Source: an uncultured bacterium (GTDB lineage: Bacteria; Zixibacteria; MSB-5A5; UBA10806). Taken from it: a DNA stretch of 64,000 bases. Every line of letters begins with the position of its first letter. Within the stretch, counting starts at the first letter, position 1. Location of the stretch: the NCBI GenBank assembly GCA_965541585.1, contig CBEUCH010000009.1:76962-140961 (forward strand), read 5' to 3'. Positions 18,966-28,263 of this stretch are shown piece after piece. The translations under genes and the position numbers were made by a program. The notes below the pieces were generated by a model that made no database searches, had not been told where the DNA came from, and was given only the letters and a program-made list of their open reading frames with translations.

Positions 18966-21659
18966 ATGAATCAGAGAGAGTTTGAAGGCAACACCCGTTC
19001 ATTCGTTCCCATATCCAACGGGACCATAATCTTCCACTACAAGGTCATTAAGAAGATCGGCGCCGGTGGCATGGGCGAAGTGTATCTGGCCGAAGACACC
19101 AGGCTTGATCGTAAGGTCGCACTCAAATTTTTACCGCTCCATCTATGTCCGGATGAAGATTACCACATACGATTCAAAAGGGAAGCCCAAGCCGTTGCTA
19201 AATTAAATCACCCTAATATAATTACAGTCTATGAGGTTTCAGAATATCAAGGACGCCCATTCTTCGCGATGGAGTTGGTCGAGGGTCAATCATTACGAGA
19301 ATTATCCTCAAGTAAAGGATTAAGCTGCGAGAGAATTATTGAACTTGCCATTCAGATATGCGATGGTCTAAGCGCCGCTCATGAGAAAGAAATAGTTCAT
19401 CGAGATATTAAACCGTCCAACATCGTTATCGACGCTTATGGCCGTCCTAAAATTCTTGATTTTGGTTTGGCGGCAATTCGGGGCCGTGAACAAATTACCA
19501 AGACCGGATCTACTCTGGGTACAATAAGATACATGTCACCAGAGCAGGTAGAGGGAAGAAAAGTTGACAGTAGGTCAGACCTGTTTTCACTCGGTACCGT
19601 TCTTTATGAAATGATCGCTGGCCGCACCCCATTTGAGCGCGACAATGAGGCCGCCACCCTAAAGTCCATTGGTCAAGACAATCCTGAGCCGCTGGGAAGG
19701 TACAAGTCCGATATACCTGATGAACTTCAACGCACAGTTTCCAAGTTGCTTGAAAAAGATCCGTCAATGAGATATCAGAGCGCCGCAGGTGTTATTAGTG
19801 ATTTGAAACCACTTATTGCATCGACCAGGAGCTCCATGACTTTACCCTCGACCAAACAGAAGAACAGATGGCCTCTTGCGGTCGGTGGGCTGGTAATTAT
19901 CGTAGGTTTACTGGTAGCAGGTGTAAAATACTGGCCCGACGGTGATACTGGGCATCCCGGTGCGCCAACTCAAGGGCGGATAATGTTGGCAGTACTTCCA
20001 TTTGAAAACCTGGGAGCGCCGGAGGATGAATACTTCGCCGATGGAATCACTGATGAAATCACCTCAAGAGTCGCGGTTCTTAATGGTCTCGGCGTAATTG
20101 CGAGGACGAGTATCTTGCAATACAAGGGCACAAAAAAGCGAATTGCGGAAATTGGCTCTGAACTGAATGTTGACTACATTCTTGAGGGGACGATTCGCTG
20201 GGACAAGTCGGGCAATATCGACAGAGTCCGTATCACACCGCAATTGATCCGGGTGTCGGATGAAACGCATCTCTGGGTGGACAATATTCAAAAAGACCTC
20301 TCGCAGATTTTTGAAGTGCAAGAAGAAATTGCCACGAGTATCGCCGGAGCGCTAAACGTAGCCTTAATAACCGGAGAGCGAGAGACGCTTGTTTATCGAC
20401 CGACCGAAAACCTCGAAGCCTATGACTATTATCTTAGAGCGAGAAACTATGGCGACCATGACGATTTTCTCGCGGCGATTGAATTGCTCGATAAGGCCAC
20501 CGAGCTGGACTCGACTTTTGCATTGGCCTTCGCCTTGAAATCTCAATCACATTCAAATTATGCCTTTGGAGAGGAATTGGGCGCTTCAGAGCATTCCGGG
20601 CCGGCGCGACTCGCTTATCAAAGGGCTTTTGAAATTCAACCTGACTTGGCTGAGGCACATCTGGCCCGCGGGACTTATTTGAATTTAATTGAAAGAGATT
20701 ACTCGAGCGCTCTCGAAGAATTTGAACTTGCTCAGCAAGGACAAGTTGACGAAGCGCAGGTTCTAAATGCAATCTCAATAGTCAAGATGCGACAGGGCAA
20801 ATGGCATGAGGCAATAGCTATCGCCAGGCAGGTCAACAAGCTTGACCCTCGATCATTTCGGGCTGGGTTAGTGGCGATCCAGGCAAACTTGTTCGTTCAT
20901 CAGTACGACGAGGCACTGGAAGCCGTTGAGCGAGCAATCTCTTTAGCTCCTGACGAAGTTGGAATCTATTCCATAAAAGCACAGATTCAGATTAACATGG
21001 GAGCGGATGTCGAGCAGATTCAAGAGACCCTTTCCGAATGGTCACGCCGTACCACTTTAGAGGGATGGGCATTCGAGTCAGAAGGACCGATGTTTTTCGG
21101 ACTCTTTCGCTTATGGAATCAGTCGATTGACGTGGATGCAAAGATCTCTGTTATGAAGTCAAGATTACATGACTATCAGAATCCAGATCAGTATTTCTAC
21201 ACGGGGCTTCTGTATCAACTTAAGGGGGACGAAGTTTCTTCGTACGTCTATCTGGATTCGGCGTGTATCCTGATCAAAAATCGTGTCGCGAAGGCCCGGG
21301 GCGACACTACCGGTCGATTTGAAAATTTCGATCTGGATCACAGCATTTATAATTTTCTTGCGCTGGCTTATTCACAGACAAATAGACATAAGCTCGCTAT
21401 TGATCACGCACAGTTGGCCATGGAAACCATGACTACCGATGACTGCCACTGGTGAGGACCTGGTTCGGTCATGGTCATGGCCTATGTTCAGTTGAATGCC
21501 GGGAATATTGATGTGGCGCTTGATTATCTGGAAGAGGTCTTGTCTATTCCGTCTTCCTATTCGACGGCCTGGGTTGAGCTGGACCCTCTATGGGCGCCGG
21601 CACGCAATCACGTTCGCTACGAAGAAATAATCTTGAAGTACAAGGGTATTTCCTTCTGA
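18966..21659 (+). CDS. Ser/Thr protein kinase-TM-TolB-like-TPR protein with in-frame TGA (candidate selenocysteine, 897 aa if read through)
   Basis: Intact kinase motifs (GAGGMG, VALK, HRDIKPSN, DFG, MSPEQ), a TM helix, LAVLPFEN domain and TPRs. TGA at 21453-21455 is followed in frame by GPGSV and ORF 21471-21659, which encodes the family-type terminus (LEEVLSIPS..LDPLWAPARNHVRY). Confidence 0.85.
21456..21482 (+). promoter_or_regulatory. Putative bacterial SECIS element
   Basis: 11-nt spacer after TGA, then GGTCAT-GGTC-ATGGCC (6-bp stem including one G-U, loop starting with G). Confidence 0.65.
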
Positions 21660-21671
21660 AGAGAAAGTTGT

Positions 21672-21727
21672 GATGGGCCCCGCTCGAAAAAACTGATTGT
21701 TAAGATAATTACCGATAATTAGGAATT
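21672..21727 (+). repeat. Right copy of 56-bp direct repeat (orphan yjbQ 3' end)
   Basis: Translates DGPRSKKLIVKIITDN* versus yjbQ DGPRSRKLIVKIIPDK*. Confidence 0.9.
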
Positions 21728-21856
21728 GCCCAGCCTGCTCCGGCGCTCCGGGAAATAGATCCCCTAACTTAAAGCGGACATATTCGCTATTAATAGGAAC
21801 AATTCGCACTTGAGTTGCAGTTAAGTTAATCAGAATTGACAACGGGGAGTGCAACA

Positions 21857-22906
21857 ATGAGAAAGCAGCTTTTGATCCTAAATCTAATCGCCTTGTTTGC
21901 AAGCGGTTGTGGCGATGATTCAACCGCGCCGGGGCAGGGTGTAATTGTAGATGATGAGATTTACTCCGGCGGGGTGCCGCGCGACGGGATACCAGCCTTG
22001 AACGATCCGGTATTCATAGAGGCAAATCAGGCCATATATTTATCCAGTGCGGATCTTGTCCTGGGCGTAGTCATCGAGGGTGAAGCCAGGGCTTACCCTA
22101 TCAACATCATGAATTATCATGAGATCGTCAACGATCACTTTCAGAGTCGCCCGGTCTGTGTCACCTATTGTCCCTTGACCGGTTCAGGGGTGGTATTCGC
22201 AAGTGTCCTGGACGGGCGGGAGGTTTCTTATGGAGTCTCCGGGCTTCTATTCAGGAATAATCTGATCCCATACGACAGAACCTCGTCCAGCCTCTATTCG
22301 CAGATGTATGTCAGCGGTATCAGAGGAGACTACCGCGATTTCGATTGGCTATTGTATCCCTCTCTGCGATGCACATGGGGATTCTGGAAGAATCATTACC
22401 CGGATACGAAGGTAATGTCTCCGAATACCGGCCATTCCCGGGACTACACCTCGAGTCCTTATGGCAATTATTCTGTGACTTACTCGACACTTTTCCCGGT
22501 CAGGTTTCCGGATAGCAGATACCATCCCAAGCATCTGACTCTGGGAGTGCAATTCGGTGGTCAGGCCATGGCGTTCCCATCGACCGAGCTTTTCAATGAG
22601 AAAGTGGTGAATATCGAACTTGCCGGTATGCCCCTGGTGATTGTCTATGACTCCAACGGCCGGTATATGGGCGTTTATTCACGTCTGGTGAGCGGCGACA
22701 TTCTGAGTTTCTCGTTGATCAGAAACAATAGTTCTAAGACGACAATGACCGACGATCAAACTGGCTCTACCTGGTCGGCTACGGGGCTGGCGACTGACGG
22801 CTCATTAGCGGGGGAGAAGCTGGAACAACTCCCGTTCTATACAGCCTACTGGTTCGCCTGGCACGATTTCTACCCGGAGACCGGGGTTTACACCGCCGAA
22901 GAATGA
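21857..22906 (+). CDS. DUF3179 family lipoprotein
   Basis: Lipobox ASGC. Motifs GG-x-PRDGIPAL, ARAYP, HEIVND, TYCPLTGS, GVSGLL, YDR and YWFAWHDFYP. Confidence 0.88.
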   Translation: MRKQLLILNLIALFASGCGDDSTAPGQGVIVDDEIYSGGVPRDGIPALNDPVFIEANQAIYLSSADLVLGVVIEGEARAYPINIMNYHEIVNDHFQSRPVCVTYCPLTGSGVVFASVLDGREVSYGVSGLLFRNNLIPYDRTSSSLYSQMYVSGIRGDYRDFDWLLYPSLRCTWGFWKNHYPDTKVMSPNTGHSRDYTSSPYGNYSVTYSTLFPVRFPDSRYHPKHLTLGVQFGGQAMAFPSTELFNEKVVNIELAGMPLVIVYDSNGRYMGVYSRLVSGDILSFSLIRNNSSKTTMTDDQTGSTWSATGLATDGSLAGEKLEQLPFYTAYWFAWHDFYPETGVYTAEE

Positions 22907-22954
22907 TGTGAGACACCCGGCGGCCGGTGCCGGATTTTTGCATACAGACATCCC

Positions 22955-22983
22955 TTGACTGGAAAAACCGAAGACGGTATAGT
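22955..22983 (+). promoter_or_regulatory. Sigma-70 promoter
   Basis: TTGACT-17 nt-TATAGT. Confidence 0.65.
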
Positions 22984-23032
22984 ATATATAGAGACTTTTG
23001 TAATGGAACCAGGCGGAAAAAGAGAGGTGGGC

Positions 23033-23239
23033 ATGTTCTGGCTCAGGATGGCGGGCGGTATTCTGATGGCAACCGGCGCCGGAATCTTGGGATACTATAT
23101 CGTCGATATCGTTCAGCTCGGTTTTTCTCACATGAGCGGATGGTATATCGAGAGATTACGGCCTTTCATGACGGTCGGTGCTGTTCTGATCGTTATCGGA
23201 ATATTAGCCTACAAAGAGGGAAACAGGCGCACCGATTAA
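23033..23239 (+). CDS. Small two-TM membrane protein (hypothetical)
   Basis: GAGGTG RBS, upstream promoter and two hydrophobic segments. Confidence 0.65.
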   Translation: MFWLRMAGGILMATGAGILGYYIVDIVQLGFSHMSGWYIERLRPFMTVGAVLIVIGILAYKEGNRRTD

Positions 23240-23375
23240 AGTAACCCGTCTGAGCGTTTGAACGCGTTAGTCTGCATGGCAAAAAGACCGGCCTACTTCC
23301 TTGATCGGATGCGAATATCGGCCTTTCAAAGTGCGGTATATATCCGGGACAGTTGACGGAAGTTGATCTTGTAGA

Positions 23376-23606
23376 TTAATTGCCACCTGCTTTCAACAGA
23401 TTCATTATTTGATCCAGAGGGCAATCACCGGATAATGCCATATACGTCCCGCAAATCGGGAAAAACAAGGCGATAATAAAAATCCAGATGGCCAGGATCC
23501 GCCCGAATTTACTGACAGTTCCTTCTGCTCTGGCAGAAGAGAACAGTACAAAATAGCCAACTGTCGCCCAGAAGGTTGCCGGAATTAAAGAGAAAAAGAA
23601 ACACAT
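23376..23606 (-). CDS. Small two-TM membrane protein (hypothetical)
   Basis: AAGGAGG RBS on the minus strand and two hydrophobic helices. Confidence 0.7.
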   Translation of the reverse strand: MCFFFSLIPATFWATVGYFVLFSSARAEGTVSKFGRILAIWIFIIALFFPICGTYMALSGDCPLDQIMNLLKAGGN

Positions 23607-23764
23607 CTGTAACGCCTCCTTTTTTCAACACCAGAAAAAAAATCGAGCCGATTCGAATAAAGGGCCTTTCGCCTATATTTGCAACCCGATTTTATAGTGG
23701 CATGCTTATTTTTGCAGGAGCAAGTCCGTCGGGCCGGCAAGGCATTATTTGCGAATTCAAATTC

Positions 23765-24334
23765 TCAGATAAAAAAGCTCAAGCCGCCAGCTATCTCCAA
23801 TGACGATTTTAGGCTAAGCTCATCCCCGAAGAAGCTACGATATGCAATCTGCATCCTCACCGCTGCATGCTTGCGGAAAAAGTGACGAATACCTCCCTGA
23901 AATCCCACATATCCCTCTGTATCTGTATCACCATTGGAGAGAGAGAGAACTCCCAAAAGGACGCTTGCGAAAGGGGACGTCCTGGCATCCGATTCTCCGA
24001 AAGCAGCCCCTATTCCACCCTCAGTGTTAAAGACTCTGAAATCACCGCCATCGCTTACGTTAAACAAAGAAAAACCGAAGTCGAACACGATCAGCGATTT
24101 CGTCCAAACCGACATCCGCAGCATGGACGTCATCGGGAAAGCGCTTGAACCACCCGGGATCGTTAAATAAGACTCGGTGTTATCTCCTCCAAAATAACCT
24201 TCGAAGGTTAATACGTTGAGACCCCCGAGCAAGGCAAACTCTACGCTGCCGCCATCAGGTCTCTGGGCAAGCGTATTTGATGTAAAAGTCAGAATCGTTA
24301 GAATAGTAAGAGCTAAAGTAATCGTAAATCTCAT
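23765..24334 (-). CDS. Outer-membrane beta-barrel protein (8-strand type)
   Basis: Signal peptide, alternating amphipathic strands and aromatic C-terminus (GGLSFFI). GAGGAG RBS. Confidence 0.75.
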   Translation of the reverse strand: MRFTITLALTILTILTFTSNTLAQRPDGGSVEFALLGGLNVLTFEGYFGGDNTESYLTIPGGSSAFPMTSMLRMSVWTKSLIVFDFGFSLFNVSDGGDFRVFNTEGGIGAAFGESDARTSPFASVLLGVLSLSNGDTDTEGYVGFQGGIRHFFRKHAAVRMQIAYRSFFGDELSLKSSLEIAGGLSFFI

Positions 24335-24615
24335 ACCTTCTCCTCAGTTTCTAAGTGCTCATAATTTCATCATTCATGTGCGCTGAATAAAGACTCTCAT
24401 GCCGCTATCGGGCCTATCCGTTCCCGTAGGTAGCCATGCACATAACAGAAAACTTTCCTCAATCCACATCATATTCAACGATGAGACTTACTCCTTCTAT
24501 TCAGTTTTAGAGCTTCGCAAGGGAAAATCGCGTTTACGCAAATATGGGAACTTTTGCCTATATTAGCAACCTGATTTTCCGGCAGGCGCAATGAAGATAA
24601 TTTCCCTCAACCGGC

Positions 24616-24643
24616 TTGACTTCCCTGATCGATCCCATATATT
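24616..24643 (+). promoter_or_regulatory. Sigma-70 promoter of rib operon
   Basis: TTGACT-16 nt-TATATT immediately before the riboswitch. Confidence 0.65.
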
Positions 24644-24648
24644 ACCCC

Positions 24649-24767
24649 TGTCTTCGGGGCGAGGCGAAAATCCTCGACCGGCGGTGAGAGCCCGCGAGTC
24701 CCGCAAAAGTGGGATTGAGCCGGTGGAATTCCGGTGCCGACGGTGAAAGTCCGGATGGGAGAAGACA
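24649..24767 (+). ncRNA. FMN riboswitch (RFN element)
   Basis: TCTTCGGGGC-GAGGCGAAAATCCTCGACCGGCGGT...AGCCCGCGAG...GAGCCGGTGGAATTCCGGTGCCGACGGTGAAAGTCCGGATGGGAGAAGA matches the RFN consensus. Lies upstream of rib genes. Confidence 0.97.
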
Positions 24768-24795
24768 ACTGATGGTGATGATATACCATCTGTAT

Positions 24796-24817
24796 CCCCC
24801 GAAGTCGGGGTTTTTTT
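24796..24817 (+). terminator. Riboswitch expression-platform terminator
   Basis: CCCCGA-AG-TCGGGG followed by TTTTTTT, overlapping the ribD start region. Confidence 0.8.
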
Positions 24818-24818
24818 G

Positions 24819-25892
24819 TTGGCCGACTTTGAAAAATTAATGGCAGAAGCCTTTGAACTGGCGGAGAAAGGGCTGGGGTATACTAGTCCCAATCCCGCTG
24901 TTGGCGCCATGCTCTTCAAACGCGATCGGATTATTGCCAAAGGCTACCACAGGCGCGCCGGCCTGCCTCATGCTGAAATAGAGGTTATCAGGACAGCCGA
25001 TAAGAATGCCCGCGGCTCAACTCTAATAGTTACTCTCGAACCCTGTCCACATCACGGTAAAACTCCGCCCTGTACCGATGCGATTATCGCTGCTGGTATA
25101 AAAAAAGTCGTGGGGCCCATAACTGATAAGAATCCTCAAGTTTGCGGCAGGGGATATCGAAAGCTTCGCCAGGCAGGTATCGAGGTGGTAAGCGGCGTTC
25201 TGAAAAAGCAGGCCCGGAGATTTTACGAGCCTTATTTTAAATTCATCACCACCGGCCTGCCATTCGTGACACTGAAATTCGCTCAGAGTATCGATGGCAG
25301 GATCGCTACCCGAAATGGCAATTCACGCTGGATATCCTCGCCGGAATCGCTTAAACTATCACATAAGATAAGGGCTGTAACCGACTCTGTGTTAATCGGT
25401 AATGAAACTCTTGGTATGGACAATCCACAGCTTACCACCAGACTTGCGAAAGGCCCCAATCCTATCAGGATTTTGCTTTCCGCCTCCGGACGAGTAGCCA
25501 GACGACGAACCATGTTTACCAACGGGGCGGCGCCAACATATGTCGCCACTGCAACGAATTCGAATTTGAAGCAAAGCGGAAATTTGAAAATCATCAGGGT
25601 CAAAAATTCGAAATCCGGCCTTGATTTGAAAGACCTTCTGTCGAAGCTCGGCAAGATGGGCATAGTCACTCTTCTGGTCGAGGGCGGATCGCAGGTATTG
25701 ACATCGTTTATCAAACAAAGGATGGCGGATAGGGTTATGGTCTTTATCGCTCCCATCATGATAGGCGACGGTGTCCCGGCTATCGGGAACCTGGGGGTGG
25801 CGAACATTAAAGATTCTATAGCTCTGGGTGAAATGGAATGGTTCAAATCGGGACCAGATCTGTTCGTAAGCGGGCGACCGATTTGGGGATAA
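24819..25892 (+). CDS. ribD: Riboflavin biosynthesis deaminase/reductase RibD (start 24816/24819 uncertain)
   Basis: PNP-x-VG, HAE, TLEPCxHxGKTPPC, SIDGRIA, DNP-x-LT-x-R and VEGG motifs. Confidence 0.96.
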   Translation: MADFEKLMAEAFELAEKGLGYTSPNPAVGAMLFKRDRIIAKGYHRRAGLPHAEIEVIRTADKNARGSTLIVTLEPCPHHGKTPPCTDAIIAAGIKKVVGPITDKNPQVCGRGYRKLRQAGIEVVSGVLKKQARRFYEPYFKFITTGLPFVTLKFAQSIDGRIATRNGNSRWISSPESLKLSHKIRAVTDSVLIGNETLGMDNPQLTTRLAKGPNPIRILLSASGRVARRRTMFTNGAAPTYVATATNSNLKQSGNLKIIRVKNSKSGLDLKDLLSKLGKMGIVTLLVEGGSQVLTSFIKQRMADRVMVFIAPIMIGDGVPAIGNLGVANIKDSIALGEMEWFKSGPDLFVSGRPIWG

Positions 25893-25893
25893 G

Positions 25894-26529
25894 ATGTTCA
25901 CCGGTATAATACAGGAAATCGGACGGGTGAAATCGATTGCCGGGAGAGGCGGCAATCGGGCTATCGCCGTGGATTCAAGCAAACTGATCAGCAAACTCGA
26001 TATCGGTTTTTCCATCGCGATCAATGGCGTCTGCCTGACCGTGACGGAGCTTTCCGGGGAAAAATTCATAGTCGAGGCCATCGGGGAGACTCTTAAACGC
26101 ACCAATCTCGGCCAATTAGGCACTGGTTCTCCTGTAAACATGGAAGTGCCATTACGGCCGGATGACTTACTTCATGGCCATCTGGTACAGGGGCATATCG
26201 ATTGTACGGGAATTATCTCCCGAATCTCCCGGGCTGACGGAAGTGTGATCTTTGCCATAGACTATCCCGCTGAATACGGAAAGTTCCTGATCGAAAAAGG
26301 TTCCATAGCGGTCGACGGGATCAGCCTGACAACAGTGGAATTGTCAGACAGCCATTTCACTGTTGCGTTGATACCTCATACGATAGAAAACACCAATTTT
26401 AAATACAGGAGGTCGGGCGAAACTGTAAATCTGGAGTTCGATATGATAGCCAAGTATGTCGAGAGAATGGTTATGCCCGGGAATAGAAAATTAACGGTAA
26501 ACTTTTTAAAGGAGCATGGATTCGGTTGA
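25894..26529 (+). CDS. ribE: Riboflavin synthase alpha chain
   Basis: MFTGII N-terminus, NGVCLTV, GHLVQGHID and DGISLT motifs. Confidence 0.97.
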   Translation: MFTGIIQEIGRVKSIAGRGGNRAIAVDSSKLISKLDIGFSIAINGVCLTVTELSGEKFIVEAIGETLKRTNLGQLGTGSPVNMEVPLRPDDLLHGHLVQGHIDCTGIISRISRADGSVIFAIDYPAEYGKFLIEKGSIAVDGISLTTVELSDSHFTVALIPHTIENTNFKYRRSGETVNLEFDMIAKYVERMVMPGNRKLTVNFLKEHGFG

Positions 26530-26555
26530 GATTTTTTAACCGGCCATGAGAATAA

Positions 26556-27788
26556 ATGTCTGAACTTTCTACCATCGAAGAAGCAATTGAGTGGATAAAG
26601 CAGGGCCGCATCGTGATCGTAGTGGATGATGAAAACCGCGAAAACGAAGGCGATCTGGTCCTGGCGGCGGAATTCATCACTCCCGAAAAGGTGAATTTCC
26701 TTACGAAGTATGCCCGCGGTTTGATTTGTGTGCCCATGCCCGGGGAGCGATTGGAGGAACTCAAGCTGACCCCCATGGTGCAATTCAACACCGCGCTGCA
26801 CGGGACGAGATTCACGGTTTCGGTTGATGCAGTGAAGAACACGACCACCGGCATTTCGGCTCAGGACCGAGCAATGACGATAGAGACCCTGGCCGACGAC
26901 GGTGCGCAACCCGAGGATCTGGGGCGACCGGGCCATATATTTCCGATCGAGGCCAGACCGGGGGGAGTTCTCTCCCGCGCCGGCCATACCGAAGCCACCG
27001 TTGATCTCTGTCGCCTGGCCGGGCTTAAACCGTATGGCGTCCTCTCCGAAATACTCGACGATGACGGTAAGATGGCTCGTTTGCCTCTGCTTTTGCAGAT
27101 GGCCGGAGATATGGATCTGAAAATCATAAGCGTCGAGGATCTCATAAAATACCGTCGTCGAAATGAGAAGCTGGTTAAGATGGTCACCACGGTCGATCTG
27201 CCTACCGAACATGGGAAGTTCAAATTGCATCTATACAAGAGTTCCATTGATGACCACCATCATCTGGCTCTGGAGAAGGGCGATGTCCGGGGCAAGCAGG
27301 ATGTTATGGTCAGGGTGCACTCGTCCTGTCTCACCGGTGATGTCTTCGGATCATGCCGGTGCGATTGTGGCGAGCAGCTTACCGCCTCCATGGAATTGAT
27401 CGACAATGAGGGATTGGGTGTAGTGTTATATATGCGGCAGGAGGGCAGAGGCATCGGTCTGGCCAAGAAAATACTGGCATACAAACTTCAGGATGAAGGA
27501 CGAGATACCGTCGAGGCCAACGTCGAACTTGGATTTCCGGCGGATCTGAGAGATTACGGAGTGGGGGCGCAGATTCTCGCCGATCTCGGCCTGACAACGA
27601 TTCGGCTTCTCACAAATAACCCCAGGAAGGTGGTAGGACTGCAAGCCTTTGATCTAAAGGTTACGGGACGTATACCGTTACAGACGACACCGAACAAGCA
27701 TAATGTCCGCTACCTTGAAACCAAACGGGATAAGCTGGGACACCTGATAGATAGCACCAGCGCAGAGGATTTAAAGGAATGCAAATAA
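26556..27788 (+). CDS. ribBA: Bifunctional DHBP synthase / GTP cyclohydrolase II
   Basis: DDENRENEGD, RAGHTEA, RVHSSCLTGD..CRCDC, QEGRGIGL and TNNPRK motifs. Confidence 0.98.
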   Translation: MSELSTIEEAIEWIKQGRIVIVVDDENRENEGDLVLAAEFITPEKVNFLTKYARGLICVPMPGERLEELKLTPMVQFNTALHGTRFTVSVDAVKNTTTGISAQDRAMTIETLADDGAQPEDLGRPGHIFPIEARPGGVLSRAGHTEATVDLCRLAGLKPYGVLSEILDDDGKMARLPLLLQMAGDMDLKIISVEDLIKYRRRNEKLVKMVTTVDLPTEHGKFKLHLYKSSIDDHHHLALEKGDVRGKQDVMVRVHSSCLTGDVFGSCRCDCGEQLTASMELIDNEGLGVVLYMRQEGRGIGLAKKILAYKLQDEGRDTVEANVELGFPADLRDYGVGAQILADLGLTTIRLLTNNPRKVVGLQAFDLKVTGRIPLQTTPNKHNVRYLETKRDKLGHLIDSTSAEDLKECK

Positions 27789-27798
27789 GGAGTAAGAA

Positions 27799-28263
27799 AT
27801 GACCAAAGAGATTCACGGAGAGCTGAACGCAACAGGGAAGAAGTTTGCTATCCTTGTTTCGCGATTCAACGATTTTCTTACGGCAAGAATCAAGGACGGC
27901 GCTATTGATTGCCTTGTAAGGCATGGGGCTTCCGACAACGATATCGCCGTGGTCTGGGTACCCGGATCTTTCGAGTTGCCCCCTGTGGCCGCACGGTTGG
28001 CTGAGAATGGCCAATATGATGCCATCATTTGCCTGGGGGCCTTGATCCGCGGCCAGACTCCTCATTTCGATTATATAGCATCTGAGGTGGCCAAGGGGAT
28101 CGGGAGAATTGGTCTTGAAAAAAACATCCCGGTAATCTTCGGTGTGGTCACCGCAGATACGCTGGAACAGGCCATCGAAAGGGCCGGTGCCAAGCAAGGG
28201 AATAAGGGATTTCAGGCGGCGTTATCCGCTATAGAGATGATCGATCTTTACGGCAGGCTTTGA
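27799..28263 (+). CDS. ribH: 6,7-dimethyl-8-ribityllumazine synthase
   Basis: [22 protein letters not shown] and QAIERAG-x-K-x-GNKG motifs. Confidence 0.98.
   Translation: MTKEIHGELNATGKKFAILVSRFNDFLTARIKDGAIDCLVRHGASDNDIAVVWVPGSFELPPVAARLAENGQYDAIICLGALIRGQTPHFDYIASEVAKGIGRIGLEKNIPVIFGVVTADTLEQAIERAGAKQGNKGFQAALSAIEMIDLYGRL

Noticed and set aside
21453..21455. Genome-wide TGA reassignment (code 4/25) as explanation for the kinase read-through
   Set aside because: Many conserved genes here (dtd, ftsY, ribE, ribH, rodA, pgk) end at TGA at the expected family C-terminus, often overlapping the next start, so TGA is a normal stop.
21471..21659. Separate 62-aa gene
   Set aside because: It is in frame with the kinase, encodes that family's terminal motif, and its ATGs lie within the SECIS-like stem.
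24563..24940. Minus-strand ORFs across the rib leader
   Set aside because: They overlap the FMN riboswitch and ribD start and are spurious.
26376..27230. Long antisense ORFs (e.g. 284 aa opposite ribBA, 209 aa opposite pgk, 198 aa opposite dnaK)
   Set aside because: These are shadows of well-conserved + strand genes and have no recognisable motifs.
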